The notes: generated by a model from the letters alone, not told the origin. A DNA stretch of 64,000 bases from an uncultured Gammaproteobacteria bacterium (GCA_963848305.1 CAWKDC010000001.1:1280001-1344000); one strand, 5' to 3'; shown: positions 19,712-31,286, numbered from the stretch's first letter. Translations and numbers: made by a program.

Positions 19712-21491
19712 ATCATTATGCATGTTAGCCTTGTGTTGGGTGACCACGGTCTTTGCCGCACCCTCTGCGCTGTTTGGTGCGCCGCCTTCGGATATTATGC
19801 CGCCTGAAAAAGCGTTTCAAGTCAGTGTGGGAAAGGTCACGCCTGAATCCATCACACTGGATTTTGTGATTGCGCCTAAAACATATTTGTATCAACAAGC
19901 GTTTGGTTTTATTTCACCGCAAACAGACATGGGGCCACCGGTTTTTCCGAAAGCCAAAAGCATCAAAGATCCTTTTTTAGGCACGACGAATATTTACCGT
20001 CAGTCAGTTGAAATCACATTGCCCATCGATCCGCCACTCACCAAACCCATAGAGATGACGGTGACGTATCAGGGTTGTCATGATGTGGGCTTTTGTTATC
20101 CGCCACAAAATCAAACACTGACGATCATGCCTCCCCCTAGTATCCAATCTGCACCCACGGCGAACGCTGTGGCACCCACGGTGACAGGCATGCCCGCATC
20201 CATGCCATTGGATGTGCTGGCAAAACAAAATGGTTGGGCTTTATTGGCCTTCATGGGCTTCGGGATTTTATTGTCATTCACGCCGTGCGTGTTGCCCATG
20301 GTGCCTATTCTCAGCGCATTGATTTTAGGTGAACAACAGAAACATCATCCCCTCAAAGCGTTTGGCCTCGCTGCATCTTATGTGGCGGGGATGGCACTGA
20401 CTTATGCTGCATTGGGTGCATTGGTGGGCAGTTTGGGGGCTCGCGTGCAAGCACAATTTCAAAACCCGTGGGTGCTGAGCAGCACGGCAGCTTTGTTGGT
20501 ATTGTTTGCGGGCGTGTTGGTTCATGACAAGCCACAAGCCTTTTTGTCTCGGCTATCGGGCGCTTTCCACCAATTGTCACACGCATTGCCGCGCGGCGAA
20601 TACATCAGTGTGGCGTTGATGGGCGTGCTCGCCAGCATTGTGATTTCACCTTGCGTCACCCCACCCCTGGTCGGTGCACTCACCTTCATCACACTGGAAG
20701 GCAATGTGTTGTTTGGCAGCTTGGCCTTATTTATGTTGGGATTGGGTATGGGCTTGCCTTTATTGGCTGTCACCTGGCTTGGCACAGCAGTCTTGCCCAA
20801 ACGCGGCCCTTGGATGGAGCGAGTCAAACATATTTTGGCTGTGCTCCTCGTCATGATGGCGATTGATCTGCTGACACGCTTTTTACCAGGCTCTGTCGCC
20901 TTGATGCTATATGGTGCATTGGCTGTGGGTGTAGGTTTTTGGCTGAAGCCTTTTTCCCCTCGCCGTGGCATGCAACGCTTATGGCAAGCCCTGTCCTGGG
21001 TGGCTCTATTGATGGGGGCGATATGGATTGTCGGAGGTGCCATGGGGAACAGTGATTGGCGCTCTCCCTTGAGAAGCGCAGCCAGCCGCACGGAGCATGC
21101 CTTACCTTATACGGTGGTCAAAACCCCTGGGGCACTGGTCAAGGCCTTGACTGACGCCCATATGTCGGGCAAGCCCGCTTTCGTTGATTTTTACGCGGAT
21201 TGGTGTGTGGCTTGTGTCTATATGGAAAGCACCGTGTTGATGGATGAGGCTGTGCAAAAGGCTTTGGAGCCTTATGCTTTGATTCAAGTTGACTTAACCC
21301 ATTCGAACGATGATACCCAAACGTTGCTTAAAACCTGGCAATTGTTTGGCCCCCCTGCCTTTCTGTTTTTTGATGCCCAGGGGACGGAACTGAAGGCCGC
21401 CCGAGTAAATGGCGAGATAGGCAGAGACGCTTTATTGACCCATCTTGAGCATATTCGCCAATCTTCTGAGAATTCGATGCCATCTCCCTAG
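19698..21491 (+). CDS. dsbD: Thiol:disulfide interchange protein DsbD
   Basis: YQGC...CYPP, FTPCVLPM, SPCVTPPL, DFYADWCVAC. Confidence 0.95.
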   Translation: MTNIKSLCMLALCWVTTVFAAPSALFGAPPSDIMPPEKAFQVSVGKVTPESITLDFVIAPKTYLYQQAFGFISPQTDMGPPVFPKAKSIKDPFLGTTNIYRQSVEITLPIDPPLTKPIEMTVTYQGCHDVGFCYPPQNQTLTIMPPPSIQSAPTANAVAPTVTGMPASMPLDVLAKQNGWALLAFMGFGILLSFTPCVLPMVPILSALILGEQQKHHPLKAFGLAASYVAGMALTYAALGALVGSLGARVQAQFQNPWVLSSTAALLVLFAGVLVHDKPQAFLSRLSGAFHQLSHALPRGEYISVALMGVLASIVISPCVTPPLVGALTFITLEGNVLFGSLALFMLGLGMGLPLLAVTWLGTAVLPKRGPWMERVKHILAVLLVMMAIDLLTRFLPGSVALMLYGALAVGVGFWLKPFSPRRGMQRLWQALSWVALLMGAIWIVGGAMGNSDWRSPLRSAASRTEHALPYTVVKTPGALVKALTDAHMSGKPAFVDFYADWCVACVYMESTVLMDEAVQKALEPYALIQVDLTHSNDDTQTLLKTWQLFGPPAFLFFDAQGTELKAARVNGEIGRDALLTHLEHIRQSSENSMPSP

Positions 21492-21579
21492 ACTTTCTGC
21501 ATGGAATGGGGCATAATGTCACAACCCCCGTGCCCCGACATGGGCGGGGATTGTTCTTAAACTTTAAGAAGGATACACA

Positions 21580-22047
21580 ATGGACATTCGCAAAGTCAAA
21601 AAACTCATCGAATTGCTCGAAGAATCCAATTGCACTGAACTCGAAATCCGCGAAGGTGAAGAGACCGTTCGCATTTCTCGTGCAGGCACGCCAGTCCAAT
21701 ACGCCCCCGCGCCCATCGCCATGCCTGTTGCTGCGGCTCCCGCTGCTCAGCCATTGGCCGCTGCGCCGGCAGCATCAGATCCTGTTCCTGTCGAAAAGCC
21801 CAAAATCAAAGGCCATGAAGTCAAGTCGCCCATGGTAGGCACGGCTTACCGCTCCTCCTCGCCTGAGGCCAAGCCTTTTGTGGAGGTGGGTAGCACGGTG
21901 AAAGCGGGTGATACATTGTGTTTGATCGAAGCCATGAAAATGTTCAATCCCATCGAAGCCGACACAAGTGGCGTGATTGCCGATATCTTGATCACCAGTG
22001 GCCAGCCAGTTGAGTACGGCCAAACACTGTTTATCATTCAGCAATAG
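21580..22047 (+). CDS. accB: Biotin carboxyl carrier protein
   Basis: [23 protein letters not shown]. Confidence 0.97.
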   Translation: MDIRKVKKLIELLEESNCTELEIREGEETVRISRAGTPVQYAPAPIAMPVAAAPAAQPLAAAPAASDPVPVEKPKIKGHEVKSPMVGTAYRSSSPEAKPFVEVGSTVKAGDTLCLIEAMKMFNPIEADTSGVIADILITSGQPVEYGQTLFIIQQ

Positions 22048-22056
22048 TAGGTATAT

Positions 22057-23406
22057 ATGTTCAGAAAAATAGTCATCGCCAACCGTGGTGAAATTGCTTT
22101 GCGGATTCTGCGCGCGTGCAGGGAATTGAATATCAAAACAGTGGCTGTGTACAGCGAAGCTGATGTCGATTTAATGCATGTTAAATTAGCCGATGAATCT
22201 GTGTGCATTGGCCTACCCAATCCGCGTGACAGTTATTTGAATATCCCCGCGATCATTTCTGCTGCTGAAATCACTGACGCGGATGCCATTCATCCAGGCT
22301 ATGGGTTTCTCGCAGAAAATGCGGATTTTGCAGAGCGTGTTGAAGACAGCGGATTTAAATTTATTGGCCCGAGCGCAGAAAATATTCGCTTGATGGGAGA
22401 TAAAGTTTCTGCAATCAACATGATGAAAAAAGCAGGCGTGCCAACAGTGCCAGGATCTGACGGTTCGCTTAGCATCAGTGATGCTGACAATCTGATTTTA
22501 GCGAAAAAAATTGGTTATCCCATCATCATCAAAGCAGCCGGCGGCGGCGGTGGGCGCGGGATGCGCGTCGTGCATTCTGAGCCTAATTTATTAAATTCCA
22601 TTGCCATGACGCGTCAAGAAGCAGCAGCGGCCTTTGGTAATGATAAATTGTATATGGAAAAGTTTTTGCAAAATCCTCGTCACATTGAAATTCAAGTATT
22701 GGCAGATAGCTTCGGTCACGCTGTTTATTTGGGTGAACGTGATTGTTCCATGCAACGTCGCCATCAAAAAGTGTTGGAAGAAGCGCCTGCCCCGGGTATC
22801 ACTGAAAAACAGAGAGAAACCATCGGTAAACGCTGCGTGAAAGCGTGTGAGGAAATGGGCTATGTGGGCGCAGGTACATTTGAATTTTTATTTGAAGACG
22901 GTCGTTTTTATTTCATCGAAATGAACACACGTGTGCAAGTGGAACATCCTGTGACAGAAATGATCACGGGCATTGACATTGTGCGTGAACAAATTTGTGT
23001 GGCCGCGGGGAAAAAGCTCAGTGTTTCTCAAAAGGACATTCAGATACGCGGTCATGCCATTGAATGCCGTATCAATGCAGAAGATGCCAAAACATTTTTG
23101 CCTTGCCCAGGAACGATTGAAATGTTGCACGCACCAGGTGGCCCAGGCATTCGCTTTGATTCGCATGCATATTCGGGTTACAAAGTACCCCCTTTTTATG
23201 ATTCCTTGATCGCCAAGTTGATTGCCTATGGGGAAACCCGTGAGATTGCCATTGCACGCATGCGCAATGCGCTAGATGAAATACACATCGAAGGCATTAA
23301 AACCAATATTGGGCTACACCGCCATTTGATGGAAGATCATGCATTCAAAATCGGCGGAACCAATATTCATTATCTCGAGGAAAAACTCGGGCTCGGGAAG
23401 AAGTAA
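22057..23406 (+). CDS. accC: Biotin carboxylase
   Basis: [36 protein letters not shown]. Confidence 0.97.
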   Translation: MFRKIVIANRGEIALRILRACRELNIKTVAVYSEADVDLMHVKLADESVCIGLPNPRDSYLNIPAIISAAEITDADAIHPGYGFLAENADFAERVEDSGFKFIGPSAENIRLMGDKVSAINMMKKAGVPTVPGSDGSLSISDADNLILAKKIGYPIIIKAAGGGGGRGMRVVHSEPNLLNSIAMTRQEAAAAFGNDKLYMEKFLQNPRHIEIQVLADSFGHAVYLGERDCSMQRRHQKVLEEAPAPGITEKQRETIGKRCVKACEEMGYVGAGTFEFLFEDGRFYFIEMNTRVQVEHPVTEMITGIDIVREQICVAAGKKLSVSQKDIQIRGHAIECRINAEDAKTFLPCPGTIEMLHAPGGPGIRFDSHAYSGYKVPPFYDSLIAKLIAYGETREIAIARMRNALDEIHIEGIKTNIGLHRHLMEDHAFKIGGTNIHYLEEKLGLGKK

Positions 23407-23407
23407 T

Positions 23408-24276
23408 ATGCCATGGCAGTCCTTGCGTGTCGCAGTACCACGTGCGTTAATCGAGACCGTGTCAGATCTGCTGATTGAAGAGGGTGCGGTGAGCGTCACG
23501 CTCACTGACGCCCAAGATGAACCTCTTCTTGAACCTTGCCGATGAATTGCCTTTATGGCAAGAAGCATTTGTCACGGGATTGTTTGAAGCCGATTTGGTG
23601 TTAGACCGTCCCAAAGCTGCCCTGCACGCGTTGTTACCTGAGGCTCCCCTTGTCATTGAACATGTGCCGGATCAAGCGTGGGAGCGTGTTTGCTTGGCTC
23701 ACGTCGTACCGATGCGCTTCGGTCAATCATTGTGGGTAGTGCCGAGTCACTGGGAAGGTGAACAACCTGCTGGTCAGATCATCATGTTAGATCCCGGGCT
23801 TGCTTTTGGCACAGGTACCCATGCGACCACGCGTCTCATGCTGACATTTTTAGATGGGTATGATTGCACCGGAAAAACAGTTGTCGATTACGGTTGTGGT
23901 TCAGGCATTTTATCGGTGGCTGCATCAGTGGAAGGGGCTGCGCGGGTACTGGCTGTTGATTACGATCCGCAAGCATTGATGGCGACATCAGACAACGCAC
24001 TTAAAAATCATTGTGAAGAGTTGATCACGGTCTCGTTGCCCGGCCAGTATGCGCCCATTCAAGCGGATATTGTGCTGGCGAATATTATTTTAGGTCTCAT
24101 TGCTGAGTTTGCATGATACCTTGAAGTCTTTGTTGAAACCCGGTGGTGTATTAGTGTTGTCTGGGATTTTAGCGGAACAGAAAGCAGCACTGCTCGCCGG
24201 ATATGCAGATATGACGGTGTTGGACATTGCACAAGATGAAAACTGGTTGCGTATCAGTTTTGCGTGCAAACTGTAG
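23408..24276 (+). CDS. prmA: Ribosomal protein L11 methyltransferase (two frameshifts, near 23540 and 24096)
   Basis: DPGLAFGTGTHATT, DYGCGSGIL, ANI, then LKPGGVLVLSGIL in a shifted frame; follows accC. Confidence 0.9.
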
Positions 24277-24294
24277 GGGCGCATATTTACGCCC
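24273..24294. repeat. GTAG-type REP-like palindrome
   Basis: GTAGGGGCGCATATTTACGCCC; supplies the prmA stop codon. Confidence 0.7.
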
Positions 24295-24483
24295 ATGCGC
24301 CGCAGGCGCGGGGTATGTTAAAATCTCCCACCTTTTTTCCAGTTTCCCCTTGGCAGTTTCCAAAAAGTGGATTATGATAGTTCTTACCTCAAGTGAAAAG
24401 GCCACAAGCCAAAAGCAGTACAATAAGTAGATTCAGCGCTTTGTATTTACCGTGAGCTGACGGTGATCATTTTTTAGCAGTGT

Positions 24484-24520
24484 GGTCAAAATTTGAACAA
24501 GGATTGATCAATTTTTGAAC
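24484..24520. promoter_or_regulatory. Two tandem Fis-binding sites upstream of fis
   Basis: GGTCAAAATTTGAAC (24484) and GATCAATTTTTGAAC (24506) both fit GnnYAnnnnnTRnnC; 22 bp apart. Confidence 0.7.
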
Positions 24521-24534
24521 AAGGTGATGGAAAT

Positions 24535-24825
24535 ATGCACAACTCTTTACTGTCTTTACCCAGAAAGTCCGCCGATACGGCAACTTCAACCGAACATGGC
24601 ACTCCTTTACGCGACAGCGTGAAAGTGTCGATCGAACGTTACTTCACACACTTGGACGGCCAAGAAGTCACTAACCTGTATGACATCGTGATTGCTGAAG
24701 TGGAAGAGCCGCTCTTGCAAACGGTGATGAAGATCACAGGCAATAACCAATCTCTCGCTGCTCGCCTATTGGGCCTCAGCCGTGGTACACTTCGCAAGAA
24801 GTTGGAGCAATTCGGTTTATTGTAA
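24535..24825 (+). CDS. fis: DNA-binding protein Fis
   Basis: PLRDSV..YF..LDGQ..NLY..V.AEVE.PLL..GNNQS.AA..LGLSRGTLRKKL. Confidence 0.95.
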   Translation: MHNSLLSLPRKSADTATSTEHGTPLRDSVKVSIERYFTHLDGQEVTNLYDIVIAEVEEPLLQTVMKITGNNQSLAARLLGLSRGTLRKKLEQFGLL

Positions 24826-24897
24826 ATGCCTCTTGTGGGGGCGGGGACTCCCGCCCCTCAACGCTGCTCCTAAATGTTGTTTCAATAGGTACTTAAT

Positions 24898-26409
24898 ATG
24901 CAGTTCATCCCAAAACGTGCCCTGCTCAGCGTTTCAGACAAGGCGGGGCTCGTGCCTTTCGCCCGTGCGTTACATGAAGCGGGCATTGAATTATTGTCTA
25001 CCGGCGGCACAGCCGCAGCATTGCGTGATGCAGGCTTGCCAGTCGTTTTGGTGGAAGATGTCACTGACTTTCCTGAAATCATGGATGGTCGCGTGAAGAC
25101 ATTGCACCCGCGTGTGCATGGCGGCATTTTGGGCCGCACAGGTATTGATGAGGCTGTCATGGAAACCCATGGCATTCCCAAAATTGATTTGGTGGTCGTT
25201 AACTTTTATCCATTCACACGTGAACCCAGTATCGAGAACATTGACATTGGCGGTCCTGCAATGGTGCGTGCCGCTGCCAAAAATCACGAACACATTGCCG
25301 TATTGGCCTCACCCGATTTATACGATGAATGTCTTGACGCGATCGCCGCCGGCGACATCACGATCGACACGCGCCGTGAATGGGCAGCGCTCGCTTTTGG
25401 GTTAACCGCCCGTTACGATGCAGCCATCCATGCGTTCCTCACAGAGCCCACATCTGCGCAAACCTTGCCGGCTTCAATCAATTTATCCTTACAGCGTTTA
25501 TCCAGCTTACGTTACGGTGAAAACCCGCACCAATCTGCTGCGCTTTATGCGCCCGCGGGGCCCCTGCAAGGCCTCGCTGCGGCTACTTTACGACAAGGCA
25601 AACCCTTGTCCTACAATAATTGGGTGGATGCCGATGCCGCATTGGCCTGCATTCGTTCATTTGACACGCCTGCCTGCGCTATCATCAAACATGCGAACCC
25701 CTGTGGCGTCGCGATTGCTTCTACATTAGAATCAGCTTATGCCAAAGCCTACGAGAGCGATCCACAAGCCGCGTTTGGCGGTATCATTGCATTGAATCGT
25801 CCGCTTGATGAATTAACAGCGCGCCGGCTGATTGAACAGCAATTTGTGGAAGTGATTATTTGTCCAGCCGTTGAACCGCGTGCTGCTGTTCATTTGGAAA
25901 CAAAACCGAATGTCCGTGTGATGGTGGTTGAGATGGAGACTGTGCAAGATCCTTGGGTGATGCGTTCTATTCAAGGGGGATTGCTGGTGCAAACCGCGGA
26001 TAGGGATGACATCACCATGCATATGAAAGTCGTGACGGCACGTCAACCGACGGAACAAGAATGGATCGATTTGCGTTTTGCTTGGCATGTGGTGAAATAC
26101 GTGAAATCCAATGCGATTGTGATTGCGAAAGATGGACAAACGTTTGGCATCGGCGGCGGGCAAACCTCGCGCGTGGGTGCGGTGGACATTGCCTTGCATA
26201 AAGCGAGTCACTTTCCTGTAGCACGTGATGCCGTATTGGCCAGTGATGCCTTCTTTCCCTTTCCAGACAGCATTGTGCTGGCTGCACAATCTGGGATTAA
26301 AGCAATCATTCAACCTGGTGGCTCTGTGAAAGATGCGCAAGTGATTGCGGCCGCAGATGCGCACGGGATGACGATGGTATTCACGGGCATCCGTCATTTT
26401 TATCATTAA
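24898..26409 (+). CDS. purH: Bifunctional AICAR transformylase/IMP cyclohydrolase
   Basis: RALLSVSDK, GRVKTLHP, IDIGGP, LRYGENPHQ, KHANPCG, ASDAFFPF. Confidence 0.97.
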   Translation: MQFIPKRALLSVSDKAGLVPFARALHEAGIELLSTGGTAAALRDAGLPVVLVEDVTDFPEIMDGRVKTLHPRVHGGILGRTGIDEAVMETHGIPKIDLVVVNFYPFTREPSIENIDIGGPAMVRAAAKNHEHIAVLASPDLYDECLDAIAAGDITIDTRREWAALAFGLTARYDAAIHAFLTEPTSAQTLPASINLSLQRLSSLRYGENPHQSAALYAPAGPLQGLAAATLRQGKPLSYNNWVDADAALACIRSFDTPACAIIKHANPCGVAIASTLESAYAKAYESDPQAAFGGIIALNRPLDELTARRLIEQQFVEVIICPAVEPRAAVHLETKPNVRVMVVEMETVQDPWVMRSIQGGLLVQTADRDDITMHMKVVTARQPTEQEWIDLRFAWHVVKYVKSNAIVIAKDGQTFGIGGGQTSRVGAVDIALHKASHFPVARDAVLASDAFFPFPDSIVLAAQSGIKAIIQPGGSVKDAQVIAAADAHGMTMVFTGIRHFYH

Positions 26410-26412
26410 ATT

Positions 26413-26438
26413 GTAGGGGTGCATATTTGCGCCCCTAC
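26413..26438. repeat. GTAG-type REP-like palindrome (complete copy)
   Basis: GTAGGGGTGCATATTTGCGCCCCTAC. Confidence 0.8.
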
Positions 26439-26485
26439 ACCCAAAAAAATTGTCGGAGGATTTATCAAATGGCGCGGAGCACATC

Positions 26486-27746
26486 ATGAAAGTATTGATC
26501 ATCGGCAACGGCGGACGTGAACATGCCATGGCTGAAAAAGTCGCAGCGTCAAGCCAAGTGTCACAAGTTTTCGTTGCGCCCGGCAACGGCGGCACGGCGA
26601 TGGGTGCGCCTCGTATTCAAAATGTGAATATTCCTGTCACAGATGTGGATGGGTTGCTTGATTTTGCGATTAAAAATAATATCGATCTCACGATAGTTGG
26701 CCCCGAAGCCCCTCTCGTATTGGGTGTGGTTGATCGTTTCCGCGAAAAAGGTTTGCGTTGTTTCGGTCCCGACACAAGCCTGCGCACAATTAGAAGGTTC
26801 AAAAGCGTATTGTAAAGCGTTTTTCAAAAAACATCATATTCCTACGGCGGCATACGAAACATTCGAATCACTCCAACCCGCTTTGGATTATTTAAACACG
26901 CAATCGCTGCCTATTGTCATCAAAGCAGATGGCTTGGCCGCAGGTAAGGGTGTGGTGATTGCTCAAACAATGGAAGAAGCGCGCAATACGCTCACTGATT
27001 TTTTATCAAAAAACACATTGGGTGATGCGTCGAAAAAAGTTGTGATTGAATCTTTTTTGCAAGGTCGAGAATTAAGTTTCATTGTGATGTGTGATGGCAC
27101 CACTGTGGTACCATTGGCCACTTCACAAGATCACAAGCGTCGCGATGACGGCGATCGTGGCTGTAATACCGGAGGCATGGGCGCTTTTTCACCGGCAGAT
27201 AACGTCAGTGATGCGCTGCATGATGACATCCTGCGCACGGTGATCCATCCGACCTTGAATGCCTTGCGTGAAGCGGGCACACCTTATACAGGATTTTTAT
27301 ATGCAGGGATCATGGTATCTCCTGAGGGAAAACCGTTTGTGTTAGAGTACAATTGCCGTTTGGGTGACCCTGAAACACAGCCCTTGCTCATGCGTTTAAA
27401 GTCTGATTTCGCACAACATTGTTTGGCTGCATGTGAAGGCAAATTGGCGCAGGAAACATTTGAATGGGACGCGCGCACGGCTGTCGGTGTCGTTGTAGCA
27501 TCAAAAGGTTACCCAGCCACTTACGAAACAGGGAAATCAATTTCATTGATTGATAATACCCCAGATATGCATGTGTTTCATGCAGGTACTGTCATGAAGG
27601 GCGGCAACGTTTTTTCAAATGGTGGCCGTGTGCTCTGTGTCACGGCATTGGGGAACACGAAGAAAGAAGCGGCCGCAATCGTGTATACTGCGCTAAACCG
27701 GATTGGTTTTGAGGGCGCTTTCTATAGAAAAGATATTGGCCAATAA
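26486..27746 (+). CDS. purD: Phosphoribosylamine-glycine ligase (frameshift at a C-run near 26768)
   Basis: IGNGGREHA, APGNGG, VGPEAPL, LEGSK, KADGLAAGKGV, QDHKR, NTGGMG. Confidence 0.95.
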
Positions 27747-27763
27747 ATTGAGGAGATATTCTG

Positions 27764-29014
27764 ATGAAGCAGCATAAAGGATTGTGGATCGTCATTGGGG
27801 CGATTGTGTTCGGCATGACGGTCGGTGTGTTGACCCAAAAAGGCCATGTGTATGCGGGTATTGAACCGTATGCTTATTTATATCCCGTGTATGCATTGGG
27901 CGGGCAATTATTTATCAATGCACTTATGTTATTAGTTGTGCCATTGGTTGCATCATCCATCATGGCAGGGGTTGCACGTATTGGCGGAGAACAATCGTTT
28001 GGGCGCTTGGGCGCAAAAACATTTGGGTTGTATTTAACGACCAATTTATTGGGCATTTTAGTCGGATTATTTTTTGTGAATCTGTTCCAGCCGGGGTCAG
28101 TTATTCCACCAGAAGCGGTGTCGAGCGCTGCTAATACCGCGTCAGTATCTTCAGCGTCCGGCTTAAATCTCGGCGATATTTTATTAAAAATCATCCCCTC
28201 AAACATTGTGGCAACATTGGCGCAGGGGCAAATGTTAGGCATCATATTTTTCAGTTTATTGTTCGGATATTGTATTTCCAAAATTGACAAAATCAATTCT
28301 GTGTTGTTAGTCAATTTCGTTCAAGGCATTTTTCAAGCCATGATTCAATTGACGCATCTCATCATGAAGTTTTTGCCTGTTGGTGTATTTTTTCTGGTGG
28401 CTAAAATATTCGCTGAAACAGGTTTAGGCAGTTTGGTTTCCCTGGGGTGGTTCACCGTCACGGTGGTTGTATCCTTACTGGTGTTCATGCTGATCGTGTT
28501 GCCTTTATTATTGAAAATAGGCGGCATCAGTCCCAGACGCCATTTTGCTGCGATGGGTTCCGCGCTCATCACAGCCTTTTCGACAAGCTCTTCTGCGGCG
28601 ACATTGCCCGTGACCATGGATTGTGTGGAACAACGCGCAGGTGTTTCCAATAAAATTTGCAGTTTGGTCGTCCCATTGGCTACCTCGTTGAATTTGTCAG
28701 GGTCGGCAGTGTATGTGTGTGTGGCGAGTTTGTTTGTCGCGCAAGCGTATCACGTTGATTTATCTTTCATGACGCAAGCGATGATTGTGCTGATTGCTTT
28801 TGTGACATCCGTCGGTGTAGCAGGAGTCCCATCAGCATCGCTTGTTTCTATCATTGCGATTTTGCATGCGTTGGGTATTCCTGCTGAAGGGATCGGCTTG
28901 TTTATCGCGGTTGATCGCGTATTAGATATGTGCCGAACGACTGTCAGCGTCTTCAGCGGCAGCTGCTGCGCCGTCTTGGTCGCTAAAACCGAAGGCGAGA
29001 AGATATTGGTTTAA
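27764..29014 (+). CDS. Dicarboxylate/amino acid:cation symporter (DAACS)
   Basis: AFSTSSSAATLP, NLSGSA, GVAGVP, VDRVLDMCRT. Confidence 0.9.
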   Translation: MKQHKGLWIVIGAIVFGMTVGVLTQKGHVYAGIEPYAYLYPVYALGGQLFINALMLLVVPLVASSIMAGVARIGGEQSFGRLGAKTFGLYLTTNLLGILVGLFFVNLFQPGSVIPPEAVSSAANTASVSSASGLNLGDILLKIIPSNIVATLAQGQMLGIIFFSLLFGYCISKIDKINSVLLVNFVQGIFQAMIQLTHLIMKFLPVGVFFLVAKIFAETGLGSLVSLGWFTVTVVVSLLVFMLIVLPLLLKIGGISPRRHFAAMGSALITAFSTSSSAATLPVTMDCVEQRAGVSNKICSLVVPLATSLNLSGSAVYVCVASLFVAQAYHVDLSFMTQAMIVLIAFVTSVGVAGVPSASLVSIIAILHALGIPAEGIGLFIAVDRVLDMCRTTVSVFSGSCCAVLVAKTEGEKILV

Positions 29015-29036
29015 ACGTGCTTGTAGGGGCGGAGTT

Positions 29037-29069
29037 CGAAAATTGACAAAAAGATATTTGAGGAGATAA
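29037..29069 (+). pseudogene. Last codons of a BrnT-like toxin joined to a REP half-site
   Basis: RKLTKRYLRR* immediately precedes the antitoxin start; GTAGGGGCG at 29023. Confidence 0.4.
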
Positions 29070-29071
29070 TC

Positions 29072-29350
29072 ATGAGCAAAAAGCCGATTAAATTGGATCC
29101 TGATGAACAGGACTTACTTGATTCCGTTGAAAGGGGTGAATGGAAAACGGTTGAAAATTTTGAGGAACAGGCGGCATTTGCAAAAGCTGCTGCAGAGAAT
29201 TACATGCGTAAAGATGCTCGTATTAATATTCGCATTTCCAGTAGTGATTTAGCGCGTCTTAAGGAAAAGGCAGCATTCAAAGGTTTACCCTATCAAACGT
29301 TCATCGCGAGTGTATTGCACGAATATGCGGCTGGCCATTTCGATGTTTAA
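29072..29350 (+). CDS. Orphan CopG/BrnA-like antitoxin
   Basis: LDPDEQDLLDSVERGEW...KDARINIRISSSDL..LKEKA...GLPYQTFIASVLH (ribbon-helix-helix). Confidence 0.8.
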   Translation: MSKKPIKLDPDEQDLLDSVERGEWKTVENFEEQAAFAKAAAENYMRKDARINIRISSSDLARLKEKAAFKGLPYQTFIASVLHEYAAGHFDV

Positions 29351-29811
29351 AGCAGCCAATCGAGTAGTGTCACGCAATGAATCGTGCCTGATAAATAAAC
29401 TAAAGCATTTTCTCGCTCGATCCATCGTAATACAAATTTTTCCCATTCAGGCGCAACCTGGATTTCATCTAGAAACAGCACCAGTTGTTTTGAGCCATTA
29501 TCTGGGTAGGCTTCAATGTAGGCAGGTAGTAAGTCCGCCCAGTCAGAGGTTTTAAAATTGCTTAATCGATCGTCTTCAAAATTTAAACGGAGCAATTGCT
29601 CTTTATGTAATCCTGCGGCCAATAGTCGATGCATTTCTTGATACATACACCAGGTTTTGCCACTACGACGCATCCCTATGAAGGTTGGAAAATCTACTTC
29701 CCGTGGCATTGGATTTTTGAACGGTTCGGTCACACAATCAACGATCATTTGCTTTATAAGGGAAAGCCCCAGGTATGAATGACATAAAAAATGGTAGGGT
29801 TGCACCAACAA
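29347..29811 (-). pseudogene. Truncated AAA_14 (DUF4143-type) ATPase
   Basis: Walker A GMRRSGKT, LNFEDDRL, Walker B LFLDEIQ; stops soon after VYLSG. Confidence 0.75.
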
Positions 29812-29854
29812 GGGCTTTCTATGGATCTTAAGGCCATTTGTCAGTATACAGCGC

Positions 29855-30130
29855 TTATTTCGCTATAAAATGTGATGATTCTTGATTGGGCACAGCCTTC
29901 TTTACGGAGAAATATGCAAGCGACGCGGCGAGGGCGGCACTGAAAGCCGTCACCGTGCCCACGACAATTCTACTCGTATCCAACGACGGGCTCAAAAATA
30001 AAGCAAAAGTTGCTGCCATGAATAACAAAGAAGAGCAAGATGCCACAATCGCATTCCTCACACCTGGATTTGAGTTTTTGGGGTAGACTGAAGCAGCTAC
30101 AAGCGTCATCCCAGCGATGATGACCGCCAA
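29855..30130 (-). CDS. Small hypothetical membrane protein
   Basis: 91-aa ORF with 3 hydrophobic segments; may be frameshift-linked to 30106-30375. Confidence 0.4.
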   Translation of the reverse strand: MAVIIAGMTLVAASVYPKNSNPGVRNAIVASCSSLLFMAATFALFLSPSLDTSRIVVGTVTAFSAALAASLAYFSVKKAVPNQESSHFIAK

Positions 30131-30375
30131 GAGAGGCCTATGCCCGCATCTGGTGAAAAACTATTTGGACACAATAGGTTGTCCGGGGAAATCATATAGG
30201 CTGCCATTTCAGGATCAGGTTGTCTCCCTGATTTCTCTGCCTGCTCAAAGTTACTGATACCTGCCAACACCACAAAGCGCGAGAAACCAGCGAGGGCAAT
30301 AAATAATCCAGTCATTGTACCCAGAGAAAACAGATAATTCATTTTATGATCAGACAATCCCATCATAACCCCCAC
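30106..30375 (-). CDS. Small hypothetical membrane protein
   Basis: 89-aa ORF with an N-terminal hydrophobic segment. Confidence 0.35.
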   Translation of the reverse strand: MGVMMGLSDHKMNYLFSLGTMTGLFIALAGFSRFVVLAGISNFEQAEKSGRQPDPEMAAYMISPDNLLCPNSFSPDAGIGLSWRSSSLG

Positions 30376-30422
30376 ATATTGAAAGGATGCTATCAGTTAC
30401 GCTTCACAATGTCAAGCACCAG

Positions 30423-31286
30423 TTAACTAAACAATGATTTAACTTTAAAATCGTGACCTGGCTTCACAATCTCATCTTGTGCCGCCACCAATAGCAATTC
30501 TCGAGATCCCATGTTAAATGTTTTTTCAAATACGCCGAAAACAGAGGCGGCCATGTTGGAGAGCGCAACGTCGGGCGCTTCATGGCGCAATAAATGCCCT
30601 AAAAATAGGGCTGCGGTCATATCGCCTGCGCCAGTTGGTTGTGGATTAAATTCAAAACGCGGTGTTTCAACAAGCCAGGTGTGATCGGCCGTATTCAATA
30701 ACATTTGAATGGTATGCGCGGGTGTGTTGGGCAATACCAAACTGGTGACAAGAATGGTTTTGGGGCCACGTGCACGCAACATCTCACAGGCGCGCAGTGC
30801 ATCGGCTTGAGATTCAATGGATATTCCCGTTAAAAAAGCCAATTCAAATTGGTTGGGAGTTAACACATCGGCGTGCGGAACCACGTGATCGCGAAAATAT
30901 TCACCAATGCCGGGACGCACAAACACACCGCGATCCACATCGCCGATCACAGGATCACAACAATATACTAAAGCCGGATTCAACGCTTTTAATTCATTCA
31001 CGACATCAATGATGAGTGCGCCCAATGCTGGGTCGCCCATATAACCCGATAATACAGCAGCAAACGAAGAGAGTACGCCGAGATCTCGCATGCCATCAAC
31101 CAATTTCCGCAATTGATCTGCACCAAAAATATCGCCTTTAAAATGGCCATAACCCGAGTGGTTTGAAAATTGAACGGTATTGATGAAACTCACGTCAAAC
31201 CCCATGCGTTGCAGGGGGAACACAGCGGCACGATTACCGACGTAGCCGTATGCGACGTGGGATTGAATCGATAAAATGGCTGTCAT
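30423..31286 (-). CDS. pdxY: Pyridoxal kinase
   Basis: [46 protein letters not shown]. Confidence 0.93.
   Translation of the reverse strand: MTAILSIQSHVAYGYVGNRAAVFPLQRMGFDVSFINTVQFSNHSGYGHFKGDIFGADQLRKLVDGMRDLGVLSSFAAVLSGYMGDPALGALIIDVVNELKALNPALVYCCDPVIGDVDRGVFVRPGIGEYFRDHVVPHADVLTPNQFELAFLTGISIESQADALRACEMLRARGPKTILVTSLVLPNTPAHTIQMLLNTADHTWLVETPRFEFNPQPTGAGDMTAALFLGHLLRHEAPDVALSNMAASVFGVFEKTFNMGSRELLLVAAQDEIVKPGHDFKVKSLFS

Noticed and set aside
25813-26595. 260-aa antisense ORF and the many other shadow ORFs in the track
   Set aside because: They lie opposite or out of frame to well-conserved genes and have no recognisable motifs
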